In this document: in pieces, positions 9,075 to 18,500 of the stretch
How the letters are laid out: every line of letters starts with the position of its first letter
How positions within the stretch are numbered: position 1 is the stretch's first letter
NCBI GenBank assembly: GCA_021107635.1
Contig: JAIOSL010000038.1
Coordinates: 3,512-67,511 of the forward strand
Origin: an archaeon
Lineage (GTDB): Archaea; B1Sed10-29; WALL01; JAGHAM01
DNA: 64,000 bases
Direction: 5' to 3'
Position numbers and translations under genes: made by a program
The notes under the pieces: model-generated
What the model was told of the DNA's origin: nothing
The model's database searches: none
What the model saw: only the letters and a program-made list of their open reading frames with translations

Positions 9075-10637
9075 TTGAAGTTAGTAGTCGAGCAATGCAT
9101 AGAATGTGGAGCATGCATAGATGCCTGCCCACACGCTTTATCCACAAAAATATTAAACTGCACTCACTGCAACGCATGCGTAGAAACATGCACAAAAAAC
9201 GCTTTCTATGAAGTTATGCCTGGAATATATGCCATAGATCCAGAAAAATGCGATGGCTGCGGAGAATGCTTTTGTCCATACGATGCACTCGAAATCAAAG
9301 GATATGCAAGAAAATGCGATTTATGTCAAGGCAATCCTCGCTGCACACAAGTATGCTTGAAAGGCCTTTCTCTGGAAAAAACTAAAGAAGAAAAACAAAA
9401 AATGGCAGAAATACTAGGCTGGGAAAAAATTCAAGGAGAATATACTACTAACATAGAAGACCTTTTACCACACGAAATAACAATACTAGCCAACACCAAA
9501 GAAGTATTCAAAGAACTAATAAAAGAGAAAAACAGCAGTCTCTCACAAACACTTCAAGAATACCTTGAAGAAGAACACATAATACTGCCGAAACACAGAC
9601 AAGAAATACTAGAAAAAACATTAGAAAGAGAACTAAAAAGCTTTTCTATTCTAGACTCACTCCTAGAAGACGGACAACTAGAAGAAATAACCATAAACGG
9701 TCTAGACGCAATACGAGTATTCCATCGAGAAAAAGGATGGCAAAAAACAGACTTGAAATTCACTAAAACCGAAAAGATAATAGAACTAATCAACAAAATT
9801 GCCAGACCAATAGGAAGAAGAATAAGTCTTCAAAACCCAAGATTAAACGCAGTCCTTCCTAACGGTTCAAGATTACATGCAATTGTACCTCCACTAACAA
9901 AAGAACCAAACATGACAATACGAAAATTCAACAAACAACTATTCTCACCAAAAGAACTAGTAAAAAACAAAACCATAAGCGCAGAAGCCCTAGCATTCCT
10001 TTGGATGACCCTACAAAGCAACCTAAACATACTAATCTGTGGCTCCACAGGCTCAGGAAAAACCACTACTCTTGACTGTTTAGCAACATTCATCCCAAAA
10101 AAAGAACGCATTATCATCGTAGAAGAAATTCCAGAAGTGCAATTACCACACGCACACCAAGTAAGACTAATCGTTAACCCTTCCCTAAAAATCAGTATGA
10201 GCGACTTGATAACAGACACACTCAGAATGAGACCTGACCGCGTGATCATTGGAGAAATCAGAACAGAAAAAGAAGTCAAAGCATACATGAACTCAATCCT
10301 AGCAGGACAAGGCAAAGGATCAATAGCTACCTTCCACGCACTAGACGCAAAAGAAGCACTTCACAGACTTGAACTACTAGGAGCTAAAAAAAATGAACTC
10401 AAAGCAATAGACCTAATAATAATCCAAAAAAGATGGACTCAATACGACAAAGAAAAAAGCACTGAAAAACGAAGAATAGTAAGCATAACCGAACAAACAA
10501 ACCCCATATACAAATATGACTACAGCCAAGACACCATCAAAAAAATTCAAGAACCAAAACTCAAACAAGAACTAGAAAAAACCTTCAAAAACTATGAAAA
10601 AGAACTTCTTGAACGAGAAAAAAAACTTCAAGGATAA
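9075..10637 (+). CDS. Ferredoxin-like (4 x Cys4) domain fused to FlaI/VirB11-type secretion ATPase
   Basis: TTG start behind GGGGAGAG; residues 8-94 hold 16 Cys in four CxxCxxCxxxC-like groups; Walker A GSTGSGKTT (nt 10041-10067), Walker B PDRVIIGEIRTEKE, His box GQGKGSIATFHA. Confidence 0.8.
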   Translation: MKLVVEQCIECGACIDACPHALSTKILNCTHCNACVETCTKNAFYEVMPGIYAIDPEKCDGCGECFCPYDALEIKGYARKCDLCQGNPRCTQVCLKGLSLEKTKEEKQKMAEILGWEKIQGEYTTNIEDLLPHEITILANTKEVFKELIKEKNSSLSQTLQEYLEEEHIILPKHRQEILEKTLERELKSFSILDSLLEDGQLEEITINGLDAIRVFHREKGWQKTDLKFTKTEKIIELINKIARPIGRRISLQNPRLNAVLPNGSRLHAIVPPLTKEPNMTIRKFNKQLFSPKELVKNKTISAEALAFLWMTLQSNLNILICGSTGSGKTTTLDCLATFIPKKERIIIVEEIPEVQLPHAHQVRLIVNPSLKISMSDLITDTLRMRPDRVIIGEIRTEKEVKAYMNSILAGQGKGSIATFHALDAKEALHRLELLGAKKNELKAIDLIIIQKRWTQYDKEKSTEKRRIVSITEQTNPIYKYDYSQDTIKKIQEPKLKQELEKTFKNYEKELLEREKKLQG

Positions 10638-10639
10638 AC

Positions 10640-11179
10640 ATGCACACACAAAAAGTAGAAAAAGAACTACCACTCGCACTAAGAACACTCTCAACCGAAC
10701 TAGCAATCAACATGCCATTCGAACAAAGTCTTGAAAGCCTCTCAGAAGGACATGGAGAACTATCAAAAGACTTTCAGAAAATAACCCAAAGAATAAACGC
10801 AGGCTACACAGTAAGAGAATCACTCCTAGCCTGGACACAAGACACCCCCTCAAAACAAGTAAAAAGAGTCGCGCTCCAACTAATCTCAAACTACGAAAAC
10901 AAAGAAGACCCACTTGCTCTCAGAAAACTAAGCGAAGAACTACTCTCTCAACAAAAAACCAAAATGCGCGAATATACAAGCCAACTAGCAGTATATTCTC
11001 TTTTATTCATAGCAGTCTCAGCAATATTTCCTGCATTGTTTCAAGCATATGTAATCATAGGATCCAGTTTCATGAGCCAAACAGTCACACCAGAACAAGC
11101 ACTACTCATTCCAATAATCGGGTTTCCGCTAGCAGACATAGCCATTCTAGCAATAATTAAAAAGAGGAAACCGTTATGA
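10640..11179 (+). CDS. Small T2SSF-like platform protein
   Basis: 179 aa; LPLALRTLSTELAINMPFEQSLESL..LALRKLSEELL helical domain then 2 TM helices; 2 nt after ATPase stop. Confidence 0.6.
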   Translation: MHTQKVEKELPLALRTLSTELAINMPFEQSLESLSEGHGELSKDFQKITQRINAGYTVRESLLAWTQDTPSKQVKRVALQLISNYENKEDPLALRKLSEELLSQQKTKMREYTSQLAVYSLLFIAVSAIFPALFQAYVIIGSSFMSQTVTPEQALLIPIIGFPLADIAILAIIKKRKPL

Positions 11180-11898
11180 ACATGGAACTGCTTTTGATAG
11201 TGCCAATAATAGCAATAGCTTATGCTATTCCTAAATGGAAAAAAGCCAAAAAGATAAGAGAAATAGAAGAAAATCTTCCAGAAGCACTACTGCAAGTATC
11301 AACCCTAACAGAAATAACAAGTTTTGAACGATTAATTGAAAAAATGGCTGAAGGACAAAACCAGCTCTCACAAGAATTCAAAAAAGTAAACCGTCAAATA
11401 AAAAATGGCATCCCAGTAAAAGAATCCCTCCAAAGCCTAGAACAAGAAAGTCCGTTACTCTCAAGAACAGCCAAACTTTTAAAACAAAGCTATCGCACAG
11501 GAGCAAACATGAGCAAAGCACTACGCGAAACAGCTGAAGACATCACTCAAACACAAGAAATACTAAGAGAACGCTCTTCCAGCACAATGATAGAAAAATA
11601 CACCCTGTTGCTTGCAGGAGGCTGCATCGTACCGCTCATTTTAGGAGTGCTTGTAGCACTAATTAACAACATAGGATTCATAGACATTGGCATGGGCATG
11701 AACATTCAAACCAGACAAGCCATAGTAAACAACGCTTCTCTCGCCAACCAAATATACCTAGCAGAATATGCCCTCCTAGCATCAGTTTTTGTGAGCCTGC
11801 AAGAAACCAAACCAGAAAAAGCATTAATATACGCTTGTGTGCTAATCCCATTAAGTTTGATATTATTCCACCTAGCAAGCACTAGCATAGCTTTTTAA
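11176..11898 (+). CDS. Small T2SSF-like platform protein (second half)
   Basis: 240 aa; N-terminal TM, NLPEALLQVSTLTEITSFERLIEKM..SKALRETAEDI helical domain, C-terminal TMs; ATGA overlap with upstream gene. Confidence 0.6.
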   Translation: MNMELLLIVPIIAIAYAIPKWKKAKKIREIEENLPEALLQVSTLTEITSFERLIEKMAEGQNQLSQEFKKVNRQIKNGIPVKESLQSLEQESPLLSRTAKLLKQSYRTGANMSKALRETAEDITQTQEILRERSSSTMIEKYTLLLAGGCIVPLILGVLVALINNIGFIDIGMGMNIQTRQAIVNNASLANQIYLAEYALLASVFVSLQETKPEKALIYACVLIPLSLILFHLASTSIAF

Positions 11899-11922
11899 AC
11901 CGGTAGCGCTTATTTTTCAAGT

Positions 11923-12669
11923 ATGGGACAAGTGGAATTCAAAATAGTAGGAAAACCAAAATTAGCAGGATACACGCTAATAGAAGGATTTCCAGGCATT
12001 GGTTTGATAGGAACGATAGCAGCAGGATACCTAACAGAAAAACTAGAAACAGAATGCATTGGATACGTTTTCTCAAAAGATTTTCCGCCAATGGCATCAA
12101 TCCACAAAGGCAAACCAGTATTCCCAGCAAGAATATACATAGACAAAAAACACAAGCTAGTCATACTATTCTCAGAGCTTGTTGTACCATCAAACACAGT
12201 CTATGACATCTCCACAACCATACTAGAATGGGCTAAACAAAACAAGATAAAAAGAATCATTTCACTAGCAGGAATGACAGCCAAACCAGGAGAAGAACCA
12301 AAAAAACCAATAATATATGGAATAGCCGCAGATGATGATATCGCCAAACAAATGGTAGACAGAAACGTAAAACTAATAACAGAAGGCGTTACCACAGGTG
12401 TTTCCGGCGTTCTAATGGCACAATGCAGAGTAGAGAATTTTCCGGCAATGAGCTTGCTCATAGAATCCAAGCGAGGATATCCTGACCCGGGAGCAGCAGC
12501 TGAACTGCTAGAAAAACTAGAAGAATTCCTAGACTTTGACATCAAAACTCAAGACCTAATGGAAGAAGCAAAACAAATAGAAATCAAAATGAGACGCATG
12601 CTCAGCAGAATCAGTTCAGGCAAACGACAATACGAACGAGCAGAAAAACACTCCCTAATGTACGGGTAA
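11923..12669 (+). CDS. PAC2-family protein (proteasome assembly chaperone-like)
   Basis: 248 aa; ..YTLIEGFPGIGLIGTIAAGYL..PARIY..LAGM.. typical of the archaeal PAC2 family as recalled. Confidence 0.55.
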   Translation: MGQVEFKIVGKPKLAGYTLIEGFPGIGLIGTIAAGYLTEKLETECIGYVFSKDFPPMASIHKGKPVFPARIYIDKKHKLVILFSELVVPSNTVYDISTTILEWAKQNKIKRIISLAGMTAKPGEEPKKPIIYGIAADDDIAKQMVDRNVKLITEGVTTGVSGVLMAQCRVENFPAMSLLIESKRGYPDPGAAAELLEKLEEFLDFDIKTQDLMEEAKQIEIKMRRMLSRISSGKRQYERAEKHSLMYG

Positions 12670-13593
12670 AAAGCTCTTCTCATTATGTGAAAGAATAACA
12701 AGCGTTTCAGTATCATACACATGCCTAGTAGAATAAATGTTTCTGATATTATCAAAACAATGAGAAATATCACTAGAACGCATCACAGCAAGCAAATCAT
12801 GCCTGAAAGCCAAAGAAAACAACTCATGAACACACTCCTCTCCAACAAGCCGTTTAATCACCTGCTCTCGCTCACCTGGAATAGCATCAATAAACACACA
12901 AGAACTTACCCCAAACCCCAAATCATTATACACCTCAGGCGGAATAAAAATACTCTTCTTTAATAACACTCCATTACGCCATAACAAACCCCACTTACGC
13001 GAAACAGTATTCCTATGAAAACCCAATGCATCAGCAACCTTCTTCAAAGACGCTCCAGTATTAACAAACTTATACTTAAGAATAGCCAGGGAAGTATCAT
13101 CCAAAACATCACACTCAAGCGACAAATCATGAACCTGATTTAATTTTTCCACTCTCATGACAGGAACCAAAGAAATTCGTGAAATAGTATCCCTAAAATT
13201 AACTCCAAGCCACTCAATCAAATTCTGTAACTCCTTATGCTCAGAATAAAACACCTTAGCAAACATATCCATTTGACCAGTCAAAGTAAAAATAGAAAAC
13301 ACATTAGGATGAGACAAAATCTTCTCATCCAAATCCTTTCTATCCAAATTCCTAGTAATATCCAAAGCACACCAAGCCATATTCTTATAACCAAGCTTAT
13401 ACGGATTAACCCTATAACGATAAGAAAGAATAATCCCCTTACGCTCAAACTGCTTTATCTTATACGCAACAGTCTGAGGACTAACCCTCAAAATCTTACC
13501 AATCTCATAAATAGAATAATGCGCGCCCTTCAACATCAAAAACTTCAACAAACGATGATCCAAATCCGACAAATAAACCTTTTCACGAGCCAT
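12655..13593 (-). CDS. Transcriptional regulator with two Lrp/AsnC-type winged-HTH domains
   Basis: 312 aa; LDHRLLKFLMLKGAHYSIYEIGKILRVSPQTVAYKIKQFERKGII and LDDTSLAILKYKFVNTGASLKKVADALGFHRNTVSRKWGLLWRNGVL. Confidence 0.55.
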   Translation of the reverse strand: MAREKVYLSDLDHRLLKFLMLKGAHYSIYEIGKILRVSPQTVAYKIKQFERKGIILSYRYRVNPYKLGYKNMAWCALDITRNLDRKDLDEKILSHPNVFSIFTLTGQMDMFAKVFYSEHKELQNLIEWLGVNFRDTISRISLVPVMRVEKLNQVHDLSLECDVLDDTSLAILKYKFVNTGASLKKVADALGFHRNTVSRKWGLLWRNGVLLKKSIFIPPEVYNDLGFGVSSCVFIDAIPGEREQVIKRLVGEECVHELFSLAFRHDLLAVMRSSDISHCFDNIRNIYSTRHVYDTETLVILSHNEKSFLPVH

Positions 13594-13751
13594 ATATATT
13601 ATATTTGTATAAACCTATTTATTAGTTCCTTTTATAAAAGCATATAAATGCATATTCTTTTATGTCTTTTTGTGTGCAATATCAAGTTAACCATTAACTA
13701 GTTGTAACAAACTAGTATTAGTGTGGCTATATGCCATGGGGGTGGTAACGT

Positions 13752-13985
13752 ATGGAAAAATATGTAAAGGTTCACTCCCCCGGGATAGCCGGATTTCCAA
13801 GAGCGATGGTTGCCGCGGGGGAAGATTTGGTCTTGGGTGTAGTGCATGTGTTTTTGACTATTGTACTACTAACGGCAATATGCATGATAGCGTTCAATCC
13901 GATTTTATTCCAGAACATCCAGCTAATTTTAGTGATCGGAGGCATAGCAGTAATTGACTTGTGGATCTCTCACCAAATGAAATAG
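13752..13985 (+). CDS. Small membrane protein (2 TM), unknown
   Basis: 77 aa; ATG 6 nt after GGGGGTGGT SD-like site; two hydrophobic helices; followed by hairpin plus T8. Confidence 0.4.
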   Translation: MEKYVKVHSPGIAGFPRAMVAAGEDLVLGVVHVFLTIVLLTAICMIAFNPILFQNIQLILVIGGIAVIDLWISHQMK

Positions 13986-14014
13986 AGGGGTTAACGCCCC
14001 CTCACCTTTTTTTT
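13985..14014 (+). terminator. Hairpin plus T8 tract
   Basis: GAGGGG (13985-13990) / CCCCTC (13998-14003) stem, then TTTTTTTT 14007-14014, directly after the stop codon. Confidence 0.4.
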
Positions 14015-14071
14015 AGGAAATGTTTTTAAACCATAACAACGTAATTAGAACTTATAACCGGGGGGTTTAGA

Positions 14072-14608
14072 ATGAAAATTAATAATTTTTTTAAGTTAAT
14101 GTCACCCAAGCTTACTGTACTAGTTACTACTGTTGATGAAAAGGGACGTCCAGAGGTTTCAACGTTCTCTTTTGTTACGCCTATTTCGTTTAATCCACCT
14201 ATGTTAGGATTATCTGTGGGTCCTAACAAGCACAGTTATTGGAACATGACGCGTGTTAAAGAGTTTGTGGTTAACATTCCTAGTGAAAAAATGCTTGATC
14301 AGGTTTGGGAAGCTGGCGGCAAATATGATCAGGAGGAAAGCAAGATAGAAAAACTTGGTTTCAAGACTTTGCCTAGTGATAAAGTCAGGCCTCCAAGGCT
14401 TGCGGATTGTCCAGCACATATTGAGTGCTATGAAGAGTTTTCAAAGAAAGCAGGAGATCATGTGATGGTGCTTGGTAGGGTAGTGGCAGTGCATGCGGAT
14501 GAGGATATGGTTGATTCTAAGGGTAATCTTAAGGTTGATGTGGTCAGGCCTCCTTTGCACGTGAGCGATAATCTTTTCGCTTTTCCGTATGTAACTAAGA
14601 GTGTTTGA
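14072..14608 (+). CDS. Flavin reductase-like FMN-binding domain protein
   Basis: 178 aa; ..LTVLVTTVDEKGRPEVSTFSFVTPISFNPPMLGLSV.. and ..GDHVMVLGRVVAVH.. typical of the flavin reductase-like split-barrel family; GGGGGG SD. Confidence 0.6.
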   Translation: MKINNFFKLMSPKLTVLVTTVDEKGRPEVSTFSFVTPISFNPPMLGLSVGPNKHSYWNMTRVKEFVVNIPSEKMLDQVWEAGGKYDQEESKIEKLGFKTLPSDKVRPPRLADCPAHIECYEEFSKKAGDHVMVLGRVVAVHADEDMVDSKGNLKVDVVRPPLHVSDNLFAFPYVTKSV

Positions 14609-15533
14609 GTCTTTGCTCTACAGCTGAGATTAGCAGGGGCAGTAGCACGGTTACGTCTCCTTGTACGGTTACTTGTTTTGCGTTTTCTTTTACTTTTCCC
14701 CAGCTGATGCCTTCTCTCATTCTTGCTCCGCTCAGTGAACCGTCATATTCTCCTGCGCTAGTGATACCCACTGCATAATCTAGGCCTCCTCTGAATTGGT
14801 TCCACCAGATTGTGTGATGTTTGGAAATGCCGCCCCCTAGGATAAGCGCGCCGGCTTTTTTTGCGTCAAAGACTAGTTCTGCTAGTTTGTTTTCGTCTAG
14901 GAACAGGTCTATGTTGAAGTCTTTGTGGTCTTGCCAGAAGAAGTATAGTTGTGAGCCGAATGCTCCGTCAGTGATTCCAGGGATGATTACTGGAATTTTG
15001 TTTTTCCATGCCCAGTATGTTATTGATTCTTTAGCTTTTTTTTCTTTTGAAATGGCTTTTCCTACGTCCCAGACTAGTTCGTATGTTGAGTAGTGCTTGT
15101 TTTTTTTGTATAGTTTTGAGAGGATTGGTTGGAGTTTTTTTTCTAGGATTGTGCCGTAACTGTCGATTGGAGCAAAAATGTTGCCTATTCTGTGTATGCC
15201 TTTTCTGTGTAGTTCAATGTCATTTGCCTGGAAGCTTCCGTGATAATAGTTTTTCCATAGTTTTGATAAGTCGTAATCTAGCGTGCCACTTGCGGTGATT
15301 ATTGCTTGGACTCGTTTTTTCTTGACTAGTTCTGTTAGTATGCCGCGTGTGCCTGTGGAGGCTATGCATGCTGGGAAGGAGAGGAAGGTTGTGCATTGTG
15401 GGTCACGGAACATTTTTTCTGTGATTTGTGCTGCTTCTCCTAGGTGTTTGGCTGTGAAGCCTCCTGCGTTGTATAATTGTTTTAGTAGTTCGTCTGTGGA
15501 GTCAGTTGCATGAATATCTTTAACTGTTTTCAT
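14595..15533 (-). CDS. dys: Deoxyhypusine synthase
   Basis: 312 aa; GGGISKHH, GITSAGEYDGSLSGA and REGISWGK (catalytic-Lys motif) are DHS signatures. Confidence 0.85.
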   Translation of the reverse strand: MKTVKDIHATDSTDELLKQLYNAGGFTAKHLGEAAQITEKMFRDPQCTTFLSFPACIASTGTRGILTELVKKKRVQAIITASGTLDYDLSKLWKNYYHGSFQANDIELHRKGIHRIGNIFAPIDSYGTILEKKLQPILSKLYKKNKHYSTYELVWDVGKAISKEKKAKESITYWAWKNKIPVIIPGITDGAFGSQLYFFWQDHKDFNIDLFLDENKLAELVFDAKKAGALILGGGISKHHTIWWNQFRGGLDYAVGITSAGEYDGSLSGARMREGISWGKVKENAKQVTVQGDVTVLLPLLISAVEQRLKHS

Positions 15534-15548
15534 TTTTATCGCCTTAAG

Positions 15549-18500
15549 TTAGGGAGTGGTTCTTTTTTTTAGTCTTGTTCTTGCTAGGAATATGCCTCCT
15601 GCAAGAGCTAGAATGTATAGTAGGAATGTCCAGTCTGTTTCTTCTGGTCGTGTTGGGATTTGAATACCAGTTGGTGTTGGGGGTTTCCATGGTGGTATGC
15701 CTTCGTCTATTGCGCTTGGCTGGAGTAGTGGTGGTTCTGGTCTTCCTGTTATTGCATCGAAGCCGTGAGTTTTGAATTCGTTGTTCATTTGGATTGGTTG
15801 TCCGTTGACGAACACGTAGTTGTTGTTGTCTCTATCGTATTTTATTGATCCACCAGTGCCTATTATCCAGTCTACTATAGCTTCGCCAAGAGTTTCTCCG
15901 GTCTGTGGGTTGGTGATGTTTATTACTGTGCTTCCGTCTGGTTTTGATTCTAGGCAGACTCTGCGTATCAGATTTGCTTCCACGTGTGGCTTGCCTTTTT
16001 CGTATACTAGTATGCATCCAGAGTCTTCATCTATTTCTATTTGGTCTATGTCAAAGACTTCTGTTTGGTTTCCGTGCATTAGTTCTAGGTGCATTGTACC
16101 ATTTTCGTCTTTTGTGAATGCAAAGCCTACTGTCTGGTTCTGGTCGTCCAGTCCAAAGACTTTAGTGATTGTACCAAGCTTGTCTCCACCGGGTATGCGA
16201 GTGAGTGAACCGTTAATGCCCATGATTTGTCCTTGATCATCATATATTTCCAGTGGCAGGCCTGTGTCTGAGACCAAGGGTTTTCCTTTGGTTAGTTCAT
16301 ACCATTCTGTTCCGCTTATTGCTGGTCTGAAGTATTTTGGAACAATGTAAATGAAGTCTCCTTTTTTGATTACTACTCCGCCTTCAAATATCGCTGAACG
16401 GAACCCAAAGGTCTCATTCTCAAATTCTACTTTAGCTTTCGCGGTCACGGCAATTGGATTGAGACTATAAGCATAAGAGCCATCTGGTACGTCACGTTCC
16501 CAGCGATAATCTCCGTTATAATCAATGTTCGGGTAAATTGCGCCGCTGTCTGTTTCTATGTCTCTAAGCGCGCCCATCATTCTTTCAAGTTCTTCAAAGT
16601 GTTCGCCTTCAAAAGTGCTTATTATGTCTTGGTTGAATTTGATGTTTTTGCCGGATGGGTCTGAAGTAAATATCGCACAGTCTGTTGTTTCGTTAATGTT
16701 TATTTTTATTGCTGTGTTTGGAATGATTAGCGCGGGAAGGTTCTCATCAAGCCATTTGAATGGAACGAGTTCATGGGTAAGTATGGGCTTGTCTCCTACA
16801 TAGATTGTATCGCCTGAGACTCTTACGCACAATTCATCTTGTGGATTGCCTCCAATCATTGGGCAAAAGTGTAGGTCTAAGTCGCTTCTGAGCCAGTCGA
16901 TTACTGCATCTTTCAAGTGGAAGTAGTAGATATCTTCAAACATCATTCTTCCGGTTGCATTGTCCATTTCTGAGTGGATATTTAATTGCATTTGTGCTGG
17001 CTTTAGGAGGGAATCATCTTGTCCTATGTTTAATCCTTCTAAGAAGTTGTCTATTGGAAGTGCGTCTAGGCCTGGAAGACCTTTTATTTGTTGTGATTCT
17101 TCTATTTCTGCTTGTATGACTGATGGATCTCTGTAGTCTGATCCTCCAATAATCATGAATGATCGCTCGTTGCAGGTGAGAAGTTCTTCCATGCAATCGG
17201 TTGTCAATTCTATTTTTCCTTTCCATTCTCCAACACCTGAAAGCACAACAAAATCGGAGATTCCGAGCGCGAGGTTCAGCGCGCTGAATGCCACGGATTT
17301 TTCTGCTGCCATTTGGACTATGCCGCTTGCTCCAAGGTACATGCTCATCATGCCAATGCTTGCTTCGCATTTGGCGTGGACTGCTTCGCATGGTGGTCGT
17401 GAGGTACAGTCTATGAATTCACTTGTGTAGTTTGGTTGGACGTAGCATTGTTCAAGGTCTTTCATTGAGGTTGTCTGGGAGGTCAGGAGTTCTTCTCCTC
17501 CACCAAATACACCTCTTCCTACTATTCCTGCTATGACTGGAGCAAGAGAGTATCTGGCAATGGGTATTGAAGGCCATAGGTAGATTAGAGAGCCTAAAGC
17601 TATTGTTTCTGTTCTTGAGCCAAGTTTGCGGAGGGCAGTTGATATACCCCATGTCCAAGGGAAGACGCTTCTCACTTCGTTGGGTTGTCCGAATGAGTGC
17701 TTGTAGATGTCCATGTTGGTTGTTCGCATTCCTAGTGCAGATACTGCAGTGTCTTCTGCGAGAATTCTCATTGAGGCAGGGTCTTCTATCAGTACCATGT
17801 CATGGTTTTCCCAGTTGGTGATTCGCATTAGGTAGCCTTTGTCTGTAAGTTCTACTTCTGTTGAACCGCGTGGATTTTCTTTGTCATACATTGATATTAT
17901 CTGTGGAGTGTTGTCGTACATTATTCCGCCAAATAGAAGGTTTTGTCCTAGTTCACTGTATTTGGTTGCCATTGTCGGTTCGTATCCACCGATTGCAACC
18001 AGGAAATCTCTCACGTGCTTTCCAACAAAATATCCTCCAACACCACTCTCGTGCAACGCATCAACTTCTTTGGGTATTCCTAGGAGTATGAGTGAGGAAG
18101 TTGGAGTGAATAGGGTGTCGGTTGATTCTGGATCCCAGTGCAATGTTATTCCGGGGGATGCTAGGGTTAAGAATCCTTCTTTTTCGAACATGAGGCCGCC
18201 TAAGTGTAATCCATATGCAACTAGAGTGATTGGTCTGGCAGCAAAGTATAGTCCTTGCAGGACAGCTGCAAGGGATTTGAGCGGGAGTCGTGCTAGCCCT
18301 GCTATAGCCGGGTTTGATATTTTTAGTGCACTAACTTTTCCGCTTAGTCCTCCATGGCCTAACCAATCCATGCTTAAAATTCTTCTTTGTGTTGCAAAAG
18401 ATTTTTGGCCTTTACTGTATTTTTCTAGAGGTTTGATTTCGTATCCTTTCTTGACTATGTGATAAATTTCATCGTTAGATAATGCTCCTGCAGAGGGAAT

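Noticed and set aside
12721-13647. Plus-strand ORFs (80 and 136 aa) opposite the Lrp-like regulator gene.
   Set aside because: They are antisense shadows. The minus-strand product has two clear wHTH motifs, while the plus-strand products are low-complexity.
13721-14010. Locally GC-richer segment considered as a structured ncRNA (SRP RNA, RNase P RNA or tRNA-like); GTTCAATCC at ~13896 resembles a T-loop.
   Set aside because: No cloverleaf or conserved RNase P/SRP motifs could be folded. An ORF with a strong SD (GGGGGTGGT), two TM helices and a downstream terminator explains the region.
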